A DNA stretch of 62,034 nt, the filler included, from Trichosphaerium sp. ATCC 40318 (lineage: Eukaryota; Protista; Tubulinea), in the NCBI GenBank assembly GCA_038496445.1. It is 4 parts of 4 records of this genome, joined end to end, with 100 filler letters (N's around TTAATTAATTAA, not from the genome) between each part and the next. Parts side by side here need not be neighbours in the genome. Positions count along the whole stretch, not along the records: positions 50,740 to 62,034 come from JALMLS010000580.1; 3 more parts are not named here. One strand, 5' to 3'. Each line of letters opens with the position of its first letter. The first letter of the stretch is position 1. The position numbers were made by a program, and so were the translations under genes. The notes under the pieces are model-generated. The model did no database searches and was not told the DNA's origin. It was given only the letters and a program-made list of their open reading frames with translations. Below, piece by piece: positions 51,499-62,034 of the stretch.

Positions 51499-52145
51499 AA
51501 CGTCAACGTCATTGATGTCACTGTGAATGGTGTCACTGTAGATTTCACTGTAACTACTCAGATAATCGAAGGGTCAGTAGTAGTGAGGGTAGACTATGTT
51601 CGCGATACAACTGATAGTGTCGAAAATGTTGTCATTGTGTTGACTCGCTCCGAACACCCGTTCATTTCAAAGCAATTTAACATTGGCAGCATTATAAGTA
51701 TAACTTCTGGTGCGTATTGTAAACTGTTCTTAACAAACTGTGTATCAAACTAACTCATTAAACAGACTGTGGGAATGGTAACTTTGATTCGGTCACTGAA
51801 GAGTGTGAAGGTACACCTGGGTGTTCTTATGATTGTCTGTGTGAAACTGCTTACTTGGGCAATGGAACTTGTGTACCTCCTCCAACAACTTCACCAACAA
51901 CAAATGCACCAACGACAGAGTCTCCTGCAATGAGGTCAACGACTGAGGCTCCTTTTTTCATTACTGAAGCACCTGAGACTTCTGTGATGCCAACTGCATC
52001 TGTTCCAGTTGCTTTGTCTCCATCAAACCCGGTAACAGTTCCGTCAAAGTCCATAACAAGTGGCTCTTCAAAGAATGCCTTCACAAATGTGATTAGTGTT
52101 ATTATCGCAATTTGTGTTGTATTTGCCACCGCCCTGTCCTATTAA
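51499..52145 (+). pseudogene. 3' fragment of Cys-rich/Thr-rich surface protein with hydrophobic (GPI/TM-like) tail
   Basis: NVIDVTVNG...VRVDYVRDTTDSVENV aligns to the paralog at 53246-53520; CGNGNFDSVTEECEGTPGC..CLCETAYLGNGTCVPPPT; begins abruptly at the MITE edge. Confidence 0.6.
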
Positions 52146-52869
52146 TAAAAACCAATTTTGCATAGTTACTTTAGTACCTAGTGACACCAATAGAGTACCA
52201 CGGATATGATTTTTCTTAACTAAACAAGACGGTCACTTACCATGGATGGAGTGACTTGGAAGATATAAATCCTCACTAGCGTGTTGCGTTTGACCCACAT
52301 ATACGTTAGTCTTCCTCCAAACCTGCCTTTTTGCTTACTCTGTCCCTTGTTGGTTCTAACTTAGGTTGTCTTTTAATTTTTGTTCTTTGTTTTTACACTG
52401 TTGCTCTTCATTTTACAAAATTGAGTTTGGTGTTTCTAACAAAAAGTACCAACCCCTCCGTTTATTACTCTATGAAACGCTAAAGGGCACACGAAAGATG
52501 AGAATATGTGGAAGAGAGACGCGGCCTTAGTTACGCTATTGTGACATACGTAATACATTCAGAATACATTTGTGTATTTCGTCAAAGTTCACAATGAATA
52601 TCTTAGTGGAAATACTTGGAAAAAATGCATACTGAACATGGTGACATTACACGTTACACTCTACAAGAAGCATACGTCTGAAAAAGGTTTGGGATTTTGC
52701 TAGAACTTATTACAAAATTGGAAATGTAAATTTATGCAATAAAACTTGGGCATGTGATTTTTTCAACAACTATTATTTTGGCATAACTTCCGCAATGAAA
52801 GACGAGTGTTAGAAACGTTTTGTGGTGCTTTCAGATCACATGTTACCATTGACATATCAAAAACAATAT

Positions 52870-55800
52870 TTATGCGACAGTACAGTGTACTACTAGTATC
52901 CACAAAACTAAGAAGAATGATACAATATGCGTTGGTGAGTTGCTTGTAATTGTTGATATTGTAATTGGTGGGGTTGTATTTGGTGATGTTGTGGTTGAAC
53001 CAAATGTAGTTGATACTACTATTGATGTTGGTGATGTTGTTGTTGTTTGAGAAGTAGTGGGTGCATTTGTAGTCGATTGAGAAGTAGTGGGTGCATCTGT
53101 TGTCAGTATCATTGTTGGAGGTACACAAAATCCATTACCCAAGTATGATGTGAAACACAGACATTCATTGTCACATCCAATTGTACCATCACACTCTTCA
53201 GTGTTTGAGTCGAATACACCATTTCCACAATCTGTTTAGACAATGTCAATATTTACAAGAGTTCCAATGTTCTTGTTTTACAAAGTACTTACTTGATGAA
53301 ATGTTGATTGTATGACTCACGTTAAATGAAACATCAACAAAAGGGTATTCAGTCATACTCAACATGATATTTACATTTTCTTCACTATCAGTGGTATTAC
53401 GTTTGTAGTCCATTACCAATACTATTGATCCATTGATGCGCTCAGAAGTTTTTTTATACGCAATTGTATTATCATTCACAGTGACTTTTGCTATGTCGAT
53501 GTTTTGGCTTCTGAGGTTGAAACATGAGCAGCTCAAAACAAAAAAAAGAAAAATCAAGCTTGTACTACAAGACGGAAAACCCTTCTTTGGAGAGTATCGA
53601 ACATATTGGAATCATCTGCAGTTGACAATGTAAGCACCTCAAGTTGATACGCTGGCGTTTTGAGGATTCCTAAAAGTTGTGTTAAAACAAAATAAAAAAG
53701 AGCTGTAGTTTTTAGTACCTGTTTTATAAGCAATGACCGATGGAACTCCAGAAATACCAATTTCATCAATACCGTCTTTGTTAAAGTCACAACTTTGAAA
53801 CCCAGTCATGTTGACAGGAGCTTGTGCCACCTGTGCTGTGATTTCTGACATATTCAATTGTGTTCTGTTTTCGAAACTGATAGAGCGACCAGGAATCCAA
53901 AAGAATGTTCTGTCGTTGAGGCAACCGAATGCACTATCTGTTATATTATCTCGGTCATATTTTCCTGACTTCATAACCAAAGCTCTTTCAGGACAGATGT
54001 CGTTGTACAACTTAATCGATTGACTTTGGGCATTTGACCCATTGATTGATATTGTTTGTGGTGTAACATATTCTAAAGCAACGTGTTAATACTTAATTGT
54101 AAACCCAAGACTATACGTTTGTCGTTTTGGATATAGAGGAGAAAAGAATCCTCATTTTGGACCATTTGGTAAGCTGCCATGACACGGTAGTCTAATACAA
54201 CTTTGAAACCAAAAGTTGATTCTGGTTCGAAGTCATGAGCATGTACAATCTGTTTCAGTTTGTTTAAAACGAAATACAGAACTGTAGATTGGTTGTTGTG
54301 CTTGTAATATGCCGGATACATCTCATTACTAGTAGCTATATTGATGCTTAGAAGAACATTGGTCACGTGTTTTAACTAAGACGTACTGAAATAACCCAAG
54401 ATTTGTAAACCATCAATGATTAATTGTAATTTAACAGTGGTGTTGTCAAGTATCGACGTTGATGTTTCTGCAGCGTACATTTGGGGAGTGATAATAAACG
54501 AGTATAATTGGTCACATTGTGCCATTATCCCGATGTTTCCATTGAGCTTATTCAGCGCAATCTCAAAGTTATAAACTCTCTCTCCGTCCAAGATTAGTTG
54601 TGCTGGTTGAGCGCTTGAACCATGAGTGTATACGTAAATCTACATAACAGTAAAGATACAGTACATCTATTTCAGTAGGTACCTTTCCTCGACCTGGTAT
54701 AATAGTAAAAGTGTACTGTACTCCTTGAAACACTACCAGTGGTAAATTTAAATCGGGGTTTTTAAGGGATTCCGTCTTAAAATCCTAAGGATTTATAAGC
54801 GGAAAATCTCTTCCTTTATTCCTATGGAATCCGGACGGAATTCCCTATGGAATCCGAATGGAATTCCTTAAAAAATCCGGACGGAATTCCTTAAGGATTA
54901 ACAACAGAATTCCATAAGGATTTCTTATGAAATTCCAAACAAATTACCTCAAAATACTTTACAATATTTACATCAAGTCTTGTAGCACAAAATTCGTTTT
55001 ATTTACCAATGATAATTTAGTTACAAAACGCAAATGTTCCACGCGCTATCACATACAGGTCAAACTCATCAAATCTTTTCAATCTTTGGCCAAGAATTTT
55101 ATCGCACCTGGTATCGCGATCATAAACTGCTAATAACGCATTCGTAGAAGCTAAAATAAGAAAAAAGTAGTTTTTTGATAAATTAAATGGAAATAACCTT
55201 CAAAAACAACGCACTTGAGATTAATGCCCTAAATGTGTGTCCCAGTGGTGTGTAAAGGCCATTGAAATGCTTTAAAAGCCTCAAAACGGATTAGTAAGTG
55301 ATATAGAAATGTCGCTGCTAACGAAAATCACCAAAATACTTATCTCACTTACTTTTTGATTTAACGTCTTTTCGTTGTATCCATTTAAATGGTTTTTTAC
55401 ACCAATAAAAGGGTGACGATGTGGTTTACTAAAAAAAAACTTGGTTAGGTAAGGCTTTGATAGTTGTTGAAATAATGAATAATTTTGAATTTTTGCCAAA
55501 AATATTTTTCAAAGGAATTCTCACAAAATCCATATGGAATTCCGTTAAAAATCCCTATGGAATTCCATTAAAAATCCCAAGGGAATTTCCTACAAAATCT
55601 GTACGGAATTCCGTTAAAAATCCCTTCAAGTATTCTCGTTGATATGCTGCCAACATTTGCCAATATTGTTGTTTGAGATTTTTTTACAAATCCCAAGGAA
55701 TTCCTTATTTTAATGGAATATAGCAGAAATCCCATCAAAAATCCTATTGAAAATCCAGATTGCTTAGGGATTTTTTCCACAATTCCGTTAAAATCCTTAA

Positions 55801-56310
55801 AAAACACGGAATTTAACAGGATTCCAGAGGAAAATCCCGTTTTTAATTTACTACTGACGCTTGCAAGCTTGATAGAAAAGTTAGCAGTAGAGGGAGCCAT
55901 GATTTCGTACATTTGTTCCTAGATACGAATTTGGAAGTGCAGGTGAGGGAAGATGTTGTGTGGTTGTATGAGGAACATCTTCTAGAGATGAAGTGCCAAC
56001 TAAACTAAGTGAGCGGAGAATATTCTGTAGTGATTGAAGTTAGTTACCAGGTACATTTTTTTACAAAACTGTTAAAGGACCCAAAATTCAAAACTGAGCC
56101 CTTTCTTTGCCGTGGAGCTGACACGTCAAAATTATCTACAGCTTAAGTAAGCAAAAACCGAGTACGATCATAAAAAGAAACATGACGTACCTAGATCGTT
56201 AGACGCAACAAATGACTCTCCAAAGCTGGCATCAACTATTCCTGTTATGGTGAAGAGCTCAGAAGGCTCTGCAAGCTTACTAAGTGACGTTGAAACTATA
56301 AACTGTAAGA
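52870..56310 (-). pseudogene. Large multi-exon surface protein (beta-rich body, CGNG..EEC Cys-rich repeat, Thr stalk, hydrophobic tail) disrupted by a MITE
   Basis: Consecutive minus-strand ORF segments; CGNGVFDSNTEECDGTIGCDNECLC; removing 54737-55856 plus one TSD restores LASVVFQGVQYTFTIIPGRGK. 5' end not found. Confidence 0.65.
54737..55856. mobile_element. Non-autonomous CACTA/EnSpm-like element (2-bp TSD AC), subterminal GGAATTCC/GGATT repeats
   Basis: CAGTGGTAAATTTAAATCGGGG vs reverse complement of right end CAGTAGTAAATTAAAAACGGGA; AC on both flanks. Mirror copy at ~60571-61688. Confidence 0.85.
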
Positions 56311-56976
56311 TTTGATTATCACGGACTATACGTCGACATCCCCAAAACATTTCTGTTTTGTTGCAAAAAGCCGAAAATGGTGTGAGTTTTCTGTAAACGA
56401 CAAATGGGTAAAAGTGGCTGCAAGTGTACTAGGTTTCTTTGTAAAGACACCCACACCGACAGGAAACTAAGCCCATTTTTGGGTTTGTTTGACTCTCGCT
56501 CACATCTCTGAAACACATACAAATAGTCACAATCGGCTATTCTACGCATGTAAAGGCCATACAGAAGTGGAAAAGGTTTCGGTGGATGTCGACATAAAAG
56601 AAGTGTACCTGATAGAGCGTAAATACAAATAAAACAAAGATAACAGTTGAGGTTTGCCATTGAGTTGCAATGTTGTTGGATGAGGAGTAGAACTTAATCG
56701 AGAAAAACATGAAATTGTTTTGTATTACGAGTTTTACGGAGTTAAGATTGGGTTTTTTAGTGTATATCTTAACATCTACACTTGTTTTAGTGTATTTTGA
56801 ATAATTATTCTGACGTTTTTGTAGCATTGCAGTATTTCGGTCTATTTCATCCTAATATTGGACAATCATTCATTATCTCTTGATTCCGTACCAACGATCT
56901 TACTTTCGGTAGCGTGTACAGAAATTGTAACCTCCAAAGTGAGTAAGTGATGAAAAACTTTCTCGTCTTATTCTCT

Positions 56977-58258
56977 AAAAAACACCGATGACTACCGAAA
57001 CATTTAACTCCGTTTCAAGCATCGTAAGCAAGGACTCAAACAAAAAAATAAAAACAATAAATGACCTAATGAAAAAATTAAAAATTTCTAAACCAGAAGC
57101 TGAAGAAAGATGTAAGTTTCTAAACGATGATAAATTATCACCTAGGCGTGGTATCGGGGTATTTATACGGAAGGACATTAATGAATACGTAACAGTAGAT
57201 CCCATTGCTAAAGTTGATAACCAAGCCATAAAATGTTATATTGAACTACCAGACAAACCAAAAATCACATTGATCGGCCTTTATGGACCTAACGCACACA
57301 ATAAACAAGGAAAATTTATGAAAGGAATATCAAAATCCATAAAAGACAGTAAACTAACAAACAACGCCAAGCTAGCCATCATAGGTGACTTCAACATGAT
57401 ACATCGTAAGGTAGATAAATTTAGATTCTCTGAAAAAACACGCCACAACATAGATGTTATGTCCAAGTTTATGGACAAACACAAACTTAGAGACACATGG
57501 TGTGAAGTCAACAAAGAGGTTATATACACTTATGCATCAGGCTGTGAATGGAAAGCAGCTGATAAAACAAAATCGAGAATAGACTACTGCCTTAGTAATA
57601 ATAAAATGTCAGAATGCATACAAGAAACAAAAATCATACGTGTACATGATCTGGATACTGATCACAGACCAGTTATTATAGACACCAGTTTTAAGATACA
57701 CGAACATGCACACGTACCCACTAAAATCCCATATATCAAACGACTAAAAACAAAGGAATATAAAAGAGAAGATCTAGGCAAAAATTGTGTACAATCGTTC
57801 AAATACGAACGTGGCGACATAGCCGATCTACTACCTACGGAATTGGAAGCCAGTGCTAGAATGAACTATAAAAATAAAGCTGAAAAACGTAATAGATGGA
57901 TGAGAATAGATGAAGCATGGCGTCGCTATACCAATATGCTCTTCAAACACATAGAGAAATTTACAGGTGCCACTAAAGATCCAAACAATTATGGCATCGG
58001 TAGACTTGTTAATTCAAACAAAATAAAGAAACTAAACCAAGACCGTGATAAATTACTGATCTTAAAAGGCATGCTCAATGACAGTAAAACGTCTGACATA
58101 GAATGCAATGACAAAGCAGTAAGTATTAGTAAACGATCGATGGACAGACAAGTAAAATTTAAAGCCTTTTTCTGTGATAACAACCCTACCAATAATAATA
58201 ACCAAGGATTCGATAGAGATAAACTCTTGTACGAAACCAAACATACAATCAACAAAAT
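56977..58258 (+). mobile_element. 5'-truncated LINE ORF2 fragment (AP-endonuclease C-terminal part plus linker)
   Basis: RRGIGVFIRK, LIGLYGPN, IIGDFN, LRDTW, YTY, KSRIDY, TDHRPV; A-rich coding strand like 39401-42980; cut off by the fold-back. Mirror copy on the minus strand 58259-59449. Confidence 0.85.
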
Positions 58259-61200
58259 AGGCTTTAAATTTTACTTGTCTGTCCATCGATCGTTTACTAA
58301 TACTTACTGCTTTGTCATTGCATTCTATGTCAGACGTTTTACTGTCATTGAGCATGCCTTTTAAGATCAGTAATTTATCACGGTCTTGGTTTAGTTTCTT
58401 TATTTTGTTTGAATTAACAAGTCTACCGATGCCATAATTGTTTGGATCTTTAGTGGCACCTGTAAATTTCTCTATGTGTTTGAAGAGCATATTGGTATAG
58501 CGACGCCATGCTTCATCTATTCTCATCCATCTATTACGTTTTTTCAGCTTTATTTTTATAGTTCATTCTAGCACTGGCTTCCAATTCCGTAGGTAGTAGA
58601 TCGGCTATGTCGCCACGTTCGTATTTGAACGATTGTACACAATTTTTGCCTAGATCTTCTCTTTTATATTCCTTTGTTTTTAGTCGTTTGATATATGGGA
58701 TTTAGTGGGTACGTGTGCATGTTCGTGTATCTTAAAACTGGTGTCTATAATAACTGGTCTGTGATCAGTATCCAGATCATGTACACGTATGATTTTTGTT
58801 TCTTGTATGCATTCTGACATTTTATTATTACTAAGGCAGTAGTCTATTCTCGATTTTGTTTTATCAGCTGCTTTCCATTCACAGCCTGATGCATAAGTGT
58901 ATATAACCTCTTTGTTGACTTCACACCATGTGTCTCTAAGTTTGTGTTTGTCCATAAACTTGGACATAACATCTATGTTGTGGCGTGTTTTTTCAGAGAA
59001 TCTAAATTTATCTACCTTACGATGTATCATGTTGAAGTCACCTATGATGGCTAGCTTGGCGTTGTTTGTTAGTTTACTGTCTTTTATGGATTTTGATATT
59101 CCTTTCATAAATTTTCCTTGTTTATTGTGTGCGTTAGGTCCATAAAGGCCGATCAATGTGATTTTTGGTTTGTCTGGTAGTTCAATATAACATTTTATGG
59201 CTTGGTTATCAACTTTAGCAATGGGATCTACTGTTACGTATTCATTAATGTCCTTCCGTATAAATACCCCGATACCACGCCTAGGTGATAATTTATCATC
59301 GTTTAGAAACTTACATCTTTCTTCAGCTTCTGGTTTAGAAATTTTTAATTTTTTCATTAGGTCATTTATTGTTTTTATTTTTTTTGTTTGAGTCCTTGCT
59401 TACGATGCTTGAAACGGAGTTAAATGTTTCGGTAGTCATCGGTGTTTTTTAGAGAATAAGACGAGAAAGTTTTTCATCACTTACTCACTTTGGAGGTTAC
59501 AATTTCTGTACACGCTACCGAAAGTAAGATCGTTGGTACGGAATCAAGAGATAATGAATGATTGTCCAATATTAGGATGAAATAGACCGAAATACTGCAA
59601 TGCTACAAAAACGTCAGAATAATTATTCAAAATACACTAAAACAAGTGTAGATGTTAAGATATACACTAAAAAACCCAATCTTAACTCCGTAAAACTCGT
59701 AATACAAAACAATTTCATGTTTTTCTCGATTAAGTTCTACTCCTCATCCAACAACATTGCAACTCAATGGCAAACCTCAACTGTTATCTTTGTTTTATTT
59801 GTATTTACGCTCTATCAGGTACACTTCTTTTATGTCGACATCCACCGAAACCTTTTCCACTTCTGTATGGCCTTTACATGCGTAGAATAGCCGATTGTGA
59901 CTATTTGTATGTGTTTCAGAGATGTGAGCGAGAGTCAAACAAACCCAAAAATGGGCTTAGTTTCCTGTCGGTGTGGGTGTCTTTACAAAGAAACCTAGTA
60001 CACTTGCAGCCACTTTTACCCATTTGTCGTTTACAGAAAACTCACACCATTTTCGGCTTTTTGCAACAAAACAGAAATGTTTTTGGGGATGTCGACGTAT
60101 AGTCCGTGATAATCAAATCTTACAGTTTATAGTTTCAACGTCACTTAGTAAGCTTGCAGAGCCTTCTGAGCTCTTCACCATAACAGGAATAGTTGATGCC
60201 AGCTTTGGAGAGTCATTTGTTGCGTCTAACGATCTAGGTACGTCATGTTTCTTTTTATGATCGTACTCGGTTTTTGCTTACTTAAGCTGTAGATAATTTT
60301 GACGTGTCAGCTCCACGGCAAAGAAAGGGCTCAGTTTTGAATTTTGGGTCCTTTAACAGTTTTGTAAAAAATGTACCTGGTAACTAACTTCAATCACTAC
60401 AGAATATTCTCCGCTCACTTAGTTTAGTTGGCACTTCATCTCTAGAAGATGTTCCTCATACAACCACACAACATCTTCCCTCACCTGCACTTCCAAATTC
60501 GTATCTAGGAACAAATGTACGAAATCATGGCTCCCTCTACTGCTAACTTTTCTATCAAGCTTGCAAGCGTCAGTAGTAAATTAAAAACGGGATTTTCCTC
60601 TGGAATCCTGTTAAATTCCGTGTTTTTTAAGGATTTTAACGGAATTGTGGAAAAAATCCCTAAGCAATCTGGATTTTCAATAGGATTTTTGATGGGATTT
60701 CTGCTATATTCCATTAAAATAAGGAATTCCTTGGATTTGTAAAAAAATCTCAAACAACAATATTGGCAAATGTTGGCAGCATATCAACGAGAATACTTGA
60801 AGGGATTTTTAACGGAATTCCGTACAGATTTTGTAGAAATTCCCTTGGGATTTTTAATGGAATTCCATAGGGATTTTTAACGGAATTCCATATGGATTTT
60901 GTGAGAATTCCTTTGAAAAATATTTTTGGCAAAAATTCAAAATTATTCATTATTTCAACAACTATCAAAGCCTTACCTAACCAAGTTTTTTTTAGTAAAC
61001 CACATCGTCACCCTTTTATTGGTGTAAAAAACCATTTAAATGGATACAACGAAAAGACGTTAAATCAAAAAGTAAGTGAGATAAGTATTTTGGTGATTTT
61101 CGTTAGCAGCGACATTTCTATATCACTTACTAATCCGTTTTGAGGCTTTTAAAGCATTTCAATGGCCTTTACACACCACTGGGACACACATTTAGGGCAT

Positions 61201-62034
61201 TAATCTCAAGTGCGTTGTTTTTTGAAGGTTATTTCCATTTAATTTATCAAAAAACTACTTTTTTCTTATTTTAGCTTCTACGAATGCGTTATTAGCAGTT
61301 TATGATCGCGATACCAGGTGCGATAAAATTCTTGGCCAAAGATTGAAAAGATTTGATGAGTTTGACCTGTATGTGATAGCGCGTGGAACATTTGCGTTTT
61401 GTAACTAAATTATCATTGGTAAATAAAACGAATTTTGTGCTACAAGACTTGATGTAAATATTGTAAAGTATTTTGAGGTAATTTGTTTGGAATTTCATAA
61501 GAAATCCTTATGGAATTCTGTTGTTAATCCTTAAGGAATTCCGTCCGGATTTTTTAAGGAATTCCATTCGGATTCCATAGGGAATTCCGTCCGGATTCCA
61601 TAGGAATAAAGGAAGAGATTTTCCGCTTATAAATCCTTAGGATTTTAAGACGGAATCCCTTAAAAACCCCGATTTAAATTTACCACTGGTAGTGTTTCAA
61701 GGAGTACAGTACACTTTTACTATTATACCAGGTCGAGGAAAGGTACCTACTGAAATAGATGTACTGTATCTTTACTGTTATGTAGATTTACGTATACACT
61801 CATGGTTCAAGCGCTCAACCAGCACAACTAATCTTGGACGGAGAGAGAGTTTATAACTTTGAGATTGCGCTGAATAAGCTCAATGGAAACATCGGGATAA
61901 TGGCACAATGTGACCAATTATACTCGTTTATTATCACTCCCCAAATGTACGCTGCAGAAACATCAACGTCGATACTTGACAACACCACTGTTAAATTACA
62001 ATTAATCATTTGATTGGTTTACAAATCTTGGGTT

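Larger units (their letters stand above)
54393..62034. repeat. Giant near-perfect inverted duplication (arms 54393-58167 and 58259-62034, 91-nt spacer)
   Basis: Right arm is the reverse complement of the left; the differences I noticed are mostly 1-nt indels in homopolymers. Confidence 0.97.

Noticed and set aside
51120-51548. ORFs rich in Y/K/W/F on both strands
   Set aside because: Translations of GTGGTATA repeats in the MITE-like element.
54733-55858. MITE acting as a new intron (introner): on the gene strand the TSD creates GTCAGT and a nearby AG
   Set aside because: Using that GT and the GTAG acceptor removes 4 nt of original coding sequence and shifts the frame.
58259-62034. Second copies of the APE fragment, MITE and surface-protein exons
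   Set aside because: Mirror arm of the fold-back; not counted as independent genes.

Overview
AT-rich, intron-rich eukaryotic (protist-like) DNA. It comprises four contigs joined by 100-nt N spacers carrying the artificial linker TTAATTAATTAA (23922-24021, 39301-39400, 50640-50739), so adjacency across these gaps is not evidence of linkage. Ordinary genes include a Drs2/ATP8A-type P4-ATPase, a mu-class-like GST, a secreted catalase-like protein, a WD40 protein, F-box/MORN proteins and Cys/Thr-rich surface proteins. The standout is a gene (25442-33397) with 36 tandem 99-nt exons, each encoding one ankyrin repeat. These exons are separated by near-identical hairpin-containing phase-1 introns, vary mostly at binding-surface codons, and are followed by a PARP-type ADP-ribosyltransferase domain. 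This is a candidate diversifying sensor-effector receptor. Mobile DNA is also unusual. A complete L1/Tx1-like retrotransposon (15-bp TSD) has an apparent in-frame spliceosomal intron in ORF1 and a densely structured 3' UTR. A second LINE-like ORF fuses RRM-like, hydrophobic and ubiquitin-like (LRGG) segments ahead of an AP-endonuclease start. A Kolobok-like DNA transposon and CACTA-like MITEs are present. The last 7.6 kb is a near-perfect fold-back, probably an amplification or read artefact. All calls are from reading the sequence by eye; no searches were run.
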